Part shown: positions 56,475 to 59,835 of the stretch, piece by piece
How positions within the stretch are numbered: position 1 is the stretch's first letter
Layout: the number at the start of each line of letters is the position of its first letter
Source of the DNA: Candidatus Saccharimonadia bacterium
Lineage (GTDB): Bacteria; Patescibacteriota; Saccharimonadia; UBA4664
Assembly (NCBI GenBank): GCA_038244585.1
Contig: JBBRTI010000003.1
Span: 1 to 59,835, forward strand
DNA length: 59,835 nucleotides
Direction of reading: 5' to 3'
Made by a program: the position numbers and the translations under genes
Notes under the pieces: model-generated
What the model was told of the DNA's origin: nothing
What the model saw: only the letters and a program-made list of their open reading frames with translations
Databases searched by the model: none

Positions 56475-56485
56475 ATTCTAGGCCG

Positions 56486-56848
56486 TTAGACGCGGACGCG
56501 GATTGCCCGACGAACGCGCAGCTGGCTCTGGCGCCAGTAGAGTGCTGACGTAACGAGGGCAGCCAGTCCAATCAGGCCGTCCTGCGTCGCTCCGGTGTCA
56601 GGGATGACGCCGGGAGAGGTCTCGGCCCCGTCGACGACGGCCGGTGTAGGCGTAGGCGTTGATTTAGCAGAGGCAGACGCGCTGGCACTCACTGAGGGTG
56701 AGGCCGAAGTAGCCTTAGTCTGCTGATTCTGCAACTCCTGGTCATGGCGCAGCTGTGACTGGCGTTGGGAATTACCGTACAGGAACGTAGCCACGACGAT
56801 ACCGCCGATAATTAAAAGTCCGATGGCGGTCTTAACTGAATCGCGCAT
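56486..56848 (-). CDS. Small membrane protein with an LPxTG-like sorting signal
   Basis: N-terminal TM, S/T/P-rich linker, IPDTG, hydrophobic segment, Arg-rich tail. AGGAG SD. Confidence 0.75.
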   Translation of the reverse strand: MRDSVKTAIGLLIIGGIVVATFLYGNSQRQSQLRHDQELQNQQTKATSASPSVSASASASAKSTPTPTPAVVDGAETSPGVIPDTGATQDGLIGLAALVTSALYWRQSQLRVRRAIRVRV

Positions 56849-56925
56849 AATGTTATTTTCTCCTACTTACGCCGGTTATACGCTTATCAAGCCATAACAA
56901 CAAGCATAAGTAAAATAATATATCG

Positions 56926-57110
56926 AAAAACGACCGGGTGTTGCCGAGGAGAGGACACCTTGGAGGGGCCAAACCCAAGCAACACTCGATCGTTTTTTAT
57001 TCGCTGCGCCGGCCATTGCCAGCCAACAAGCGGGGGTGGGGCTTCGTCCGTCACCAAATAACAAGGAGGTGAGCACTCGTACTCAGTTGGGAAAAGCCCC
57101 ATCGCCGCTT
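56926..57110. other. Two intergenic long stem-loops
   Basis: AAAAACGACCGGGTGTTGC/GCAACACTCGATCGTTTTT and AAGCGGGGGTGGGGCTT/AAGCCCCATCGCCGCTT. The second encloses AAGGAGGTGA. Confidence 0.55.
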
Positions 57111-57307
57111 ATCACCCTCACTTTATGCCCGATGGCTGCATAAACGTTATATACAATGTAACACTAATCATAAGTATTGTCAACTCCTGCGGCCGTTTTA
57201 AAAGCTTTACCCGGCAAAAGTCGCTTATACACAGATTCTTCATTACGCTTATGCTCGACAGTAAAATTGTCGCCTAGTATAGTGAATACTATCAAACGAG
57301 CAGGAGG

Positions 57308-57817
57308 GTGAGCTTGGATTTCTTGGCAAATTTCACAGACCAAACGTTCGTACCCGGACGCTATTTCATGTGGTCCCCGAATACTAAGACCATCACCTTT
57401 GATGAACGTCGAATCGACACGAACAACGGGCGGCTGGCTCTCCTCCATGAGCTCGGTCACGCCCGCCTCGGCCACCGTATCTACAAGTACGATATGGAGC
57501 TGCTTCGCATGGAAATGGAAGCCTGGGACATCGCCCGTGATCTAGCTCCCCTTTACGGCGTCTCGGTCAACGAAGCCCATATCACCTCGACCATTTCCAG
57601 CTACGACGAGTGGCTAACCAAGCGTGCCACCTGTCCCGACTGCAATAATTTCAGCCTCCAGCACGGCCGAGACTCTTACGGCTGCTTTGCGTGCGGCGCC
57701 AAATGGGTTGTCAACTGGCGCAAAGACCGCCGCGTCAAACGCACCATCGTATCACGTTTCGCCCGAATGTCAGATCTGGCGCAGCCCTCCGTATCACAGC
57801 CAAATCTCTCAGTCTAA
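57308..57817 (+). CDS. HEXXH metallopeptidase-like (ImmA/IrrE-like) protein with a C-terminal Zn ribbon
   Basis: LLHELGHA.L.H, E.EAW, CPDC...CFAC. TCGACA-17 nt-TATAGT promoter. The start may be the TTG at 57314. Confidence 0.8.
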   Translation: MSLDFLANFTDQTFVPGRYFMWSPNTKTITFDERRIDTNNGRLALLHELGHARLGHRIYKYDMELLRMEMEAWDIARDLAPLYGVSVNEAHITSTISSYDEWLTKRATCPDCNNFSLQHGRDSYGCFACGAKWVVNWRKDRRVKRTIVSRFARMSDLAQPSVSQPNLSV

Positions 57818-57823
57818 ACAACA

Positions 57824-57847
57824 AAAAGACCCCCTAAGGGGTCTTTT
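57824..57847. terminator. Bidirectional terminator
   Basis: AAAAGACCCC/GGGGTCTTTT between convergent genes. Confidence 0.85.
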
Positions 57848-57860
57848 ACCGGTCTAAGTC

Positions 57861-57917
57861 GGAAGCTTACGCTTCGTCTGGAAGCTTACGCTTCGTCTGG
57901 AAGCTTACGCTTCGTCT
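57861..57917. repeat. Perfect 3 x 19-bp tandem repeat GGAAGCTTACGCTTCGTCT
   Basis: Three contiguous identical units. The third contains the KGG gene stop codon. Confidence 0.92.
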
Positions 57918-58108
57918 TCGGCCTTGGTGCGGCGAGAGGCCTTACCACCCTTGCGGCCAGCCTCAACGGCTAGTTCGCGGTTCTGGGCGAAGCCGCCACC
58001 ACGGCTGATCTTGCCGCCTTTGCGACCGATCTGCTCGTAGAAGGCCATTCCATAACGCTGCTTGTTTGTCGCGGCTGCCTTGCGGCCACCATTGCGAGTT
58101 CCTGCCAT
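57905..58108 (-). CDS. KGG-repeat (YciG/GsiB-like) general stress protein
   Basis: FYEQIGRKGG, FAQNRELA.EAGRKGG..S. GGAG SD before the ATG at 58108. Confidence 0.9.
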   Translation of the reverse strand: MAGTRNGGRKAAATNKQRYGMAFYEQIGRKGGKISRGGGFAQNRELAVEAGRKGGKASRRTKAEDEA

Positions 58109-58392
58109 AATTAAATACTCCATTTACCTTGATTGCTATTTTAGCCTAGTAGCGCTTTAATCAGCTTTAGCATTTCTGCTAAAAAGCTTGTGTCTGTAAG
58201 ACAACTTATCGTCAAAACGACTAGATTTTTGATTGCTTAAGCATATTAGCATAAAACCCTTACGCTGTCAATAGTAATTATGCTTTAAACCACATAATTG
58301 CTTGAGTAACCATAACCGTAACTTACCATCCCCATCTGATAATTAGCTGAAAAGCTGGGTGAACTGCATGTCTTTCTGGTATCGTTACAGGT

Positions 58393-58890
58393 ATGAAGCC
58401 CACTCTCACCCTCTTACTCCCCGATATCCGCAGCGCTCAGAACGTCGGGGCAATTCTGAGGACGGCGGACGCCGTCGGGGCTAAGGTTTGGACGAGCGGC
58501 ATCACACCTTACCCGATCATTGAAAATGACACTCGCCCGCCCTATATGGCCGACCGTGCCCACCGGCTAATCAAAAAAACTGCCCTGGGGGCGGAAATAA
58601 CAGCCTTTGGGCGGCATTTCGACTCCTTTGAGAAGGCGGTCAGTACGGCCCGCGAGGATGGACTGGAGCTATGGGCGCTGGAGCAGTCCCCCGCCTCCTG
58701 TAACCTGTTTGATACCGCCCTGAGGGCACCTACGCTACTTGTCCTGGGGCCGGAAGTGAGCGGCCTGTCTGCCGCTCAGTTGGAGCCGTGCCTGGTTGTA
58801 GTTGAGATACCGATGAACGGCCGTAAAGAGTCCCTGAACGTCGCGGTTGCAGCCGGCATTGCCTGTTACCAGCTCTGTCGGCCTCTCTAA
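58393..58890 (+). CDS. TrmH/SpoU-family RNA methyltransferase
   Basis: IRS..NVGAILRTADA.G, KTALGAE, LVLG.EV.GL, IPM.G.KESLNVAVAAGIA.Y. Confidence 0.93.
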   Translation: MKPTLTLLLPDIRSAQNVGAILRTADAVGAKVWTSGITPYPIIENDTRPPYMADRAHRLIKKTALGAEITAFGRHFDSFEKAVSTAREDGLELWALEQSPASCNLFDTALRAPTLLVLGPEVSGLSAAQLEPCLVVVEIPMNGRKESLNVAVAAGIACYQLCRPL

Positions 58891-58909
58891 CGGGTACGGT
58901 ACAGACGCC

Positions 58910-58935
58910 AAAAACCACCCTTTCGGGTGGTTTTT
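58910..58935. terminator. Bidirectional terminator (rrn operon and trmH)
   Basis: AAAAACCACCC-TTTC-GGGTGGTTTTT. Confidence 0.9.
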
Positions 58936-58941
58936 GAATAA

Positions 58942-59049
58942 TCCGGCACCGTGCTACTTTCCCCATAAAGAGTATCATCGCCGCAGAGGGTCTTAACTGT
59001 GGTGTTCGGGATGGGAACCAGTGTAGCACCCTCGCCAAAAGCACCGGTT
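58942..59049 (-). rRNA. rrf: 5S rRNA
   Basis: CCCATCCCGAACAC..AGTTAAG, GCGATGATACT, GAAAGTAG. Lies downstream of 23S. Confidence 0.93.
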
Positions 59050-59242
59050 TCGTCGCTCTTCGATAAGAGCTGTGGGGAAATCACATTTCAGTTAGGCCGG
59101 AGCCTGAGGTAAAAAGCGACGAAATCGGTACTTTTGCAAGTACGTGTGTGGATTTATGAATGGGTAGGCCTGGCGGCCACAAACTGCTAGTCAAACATAA
59201 CTCTCACTTCAATCAATTGCGTAACTGAAGAGAAAGTGTAAA

Positions 59243-59835
<593 letters not shown>

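Noticed and set aside
57164-57475. 103-aa minus-strand ORF
   Set aside because: It overlaps the promoter and 5' part of the motif-bearing HEXXH gene on the opposite strand and has no recognisable features.
57861-57917. CRISPR array
   Set aside because: The repeats are contiguous with no spacers, only 19 bp long, and no cas genes are present.
59048-59140. tRNA or sRNA in the 23S-5S spacer
   Set aside because: No cloverleaf. The ACCGGTTTCGTCGCT/AGCGACGAAATCGGT inverted repeat overlaps the 5S 5' end and is best explained as an rRNA processing stem.

Overview
This is a bacterial chromosome segment. The gene set, gene order and protein style point to Candidate Phyla Radiation Saccharimonadia (TM7), which is an inference. 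Bases 1-20.4 kb are an accessory cell-surface locus that continues past the left edge. It holds two DUF916/WxL-interacting-like membrane proteins, at least four secreted WxL-like subunits, a 1782-aa protein with two 7-bladed disulfide-stapled beta-propellers, and two paralogous membrane-anchored beta-helical fibres. It also holds a ~1350-codon modular fibre gene broken by an in-frame TAG just after its signal peptide. Bases 20.8-58.9 kb are mostly housekeeping genes on the minus strand: rplU, rodA, T-box plus ileS, yggT, nrdJ, nrdR, ftsZ, ftsA, map, adk, dgkA, ybeY, yqeY, rpsU, HIT, SPFH, hisS, rel, recJ, secF, secD, rbfA, infB, ylxR and rpsA. priA, def, fmt and trmH are on the plus strand. 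The window ends in 5S rRNA and the 3' part of 23S rRNA. Notable non-routine signals: a one-gene cassette flanked by 19-bp direct repeats at the rodA 3' end, an Actinobacteria-like NrdJ, a recurrent AGCATAAGC promoter motif, many apparently leaderless genes, and several structured intergenic RNAs. I saw no CRISPR array, tRNA or transposase. All family calls come from motif recognition by eye, with no database searches.
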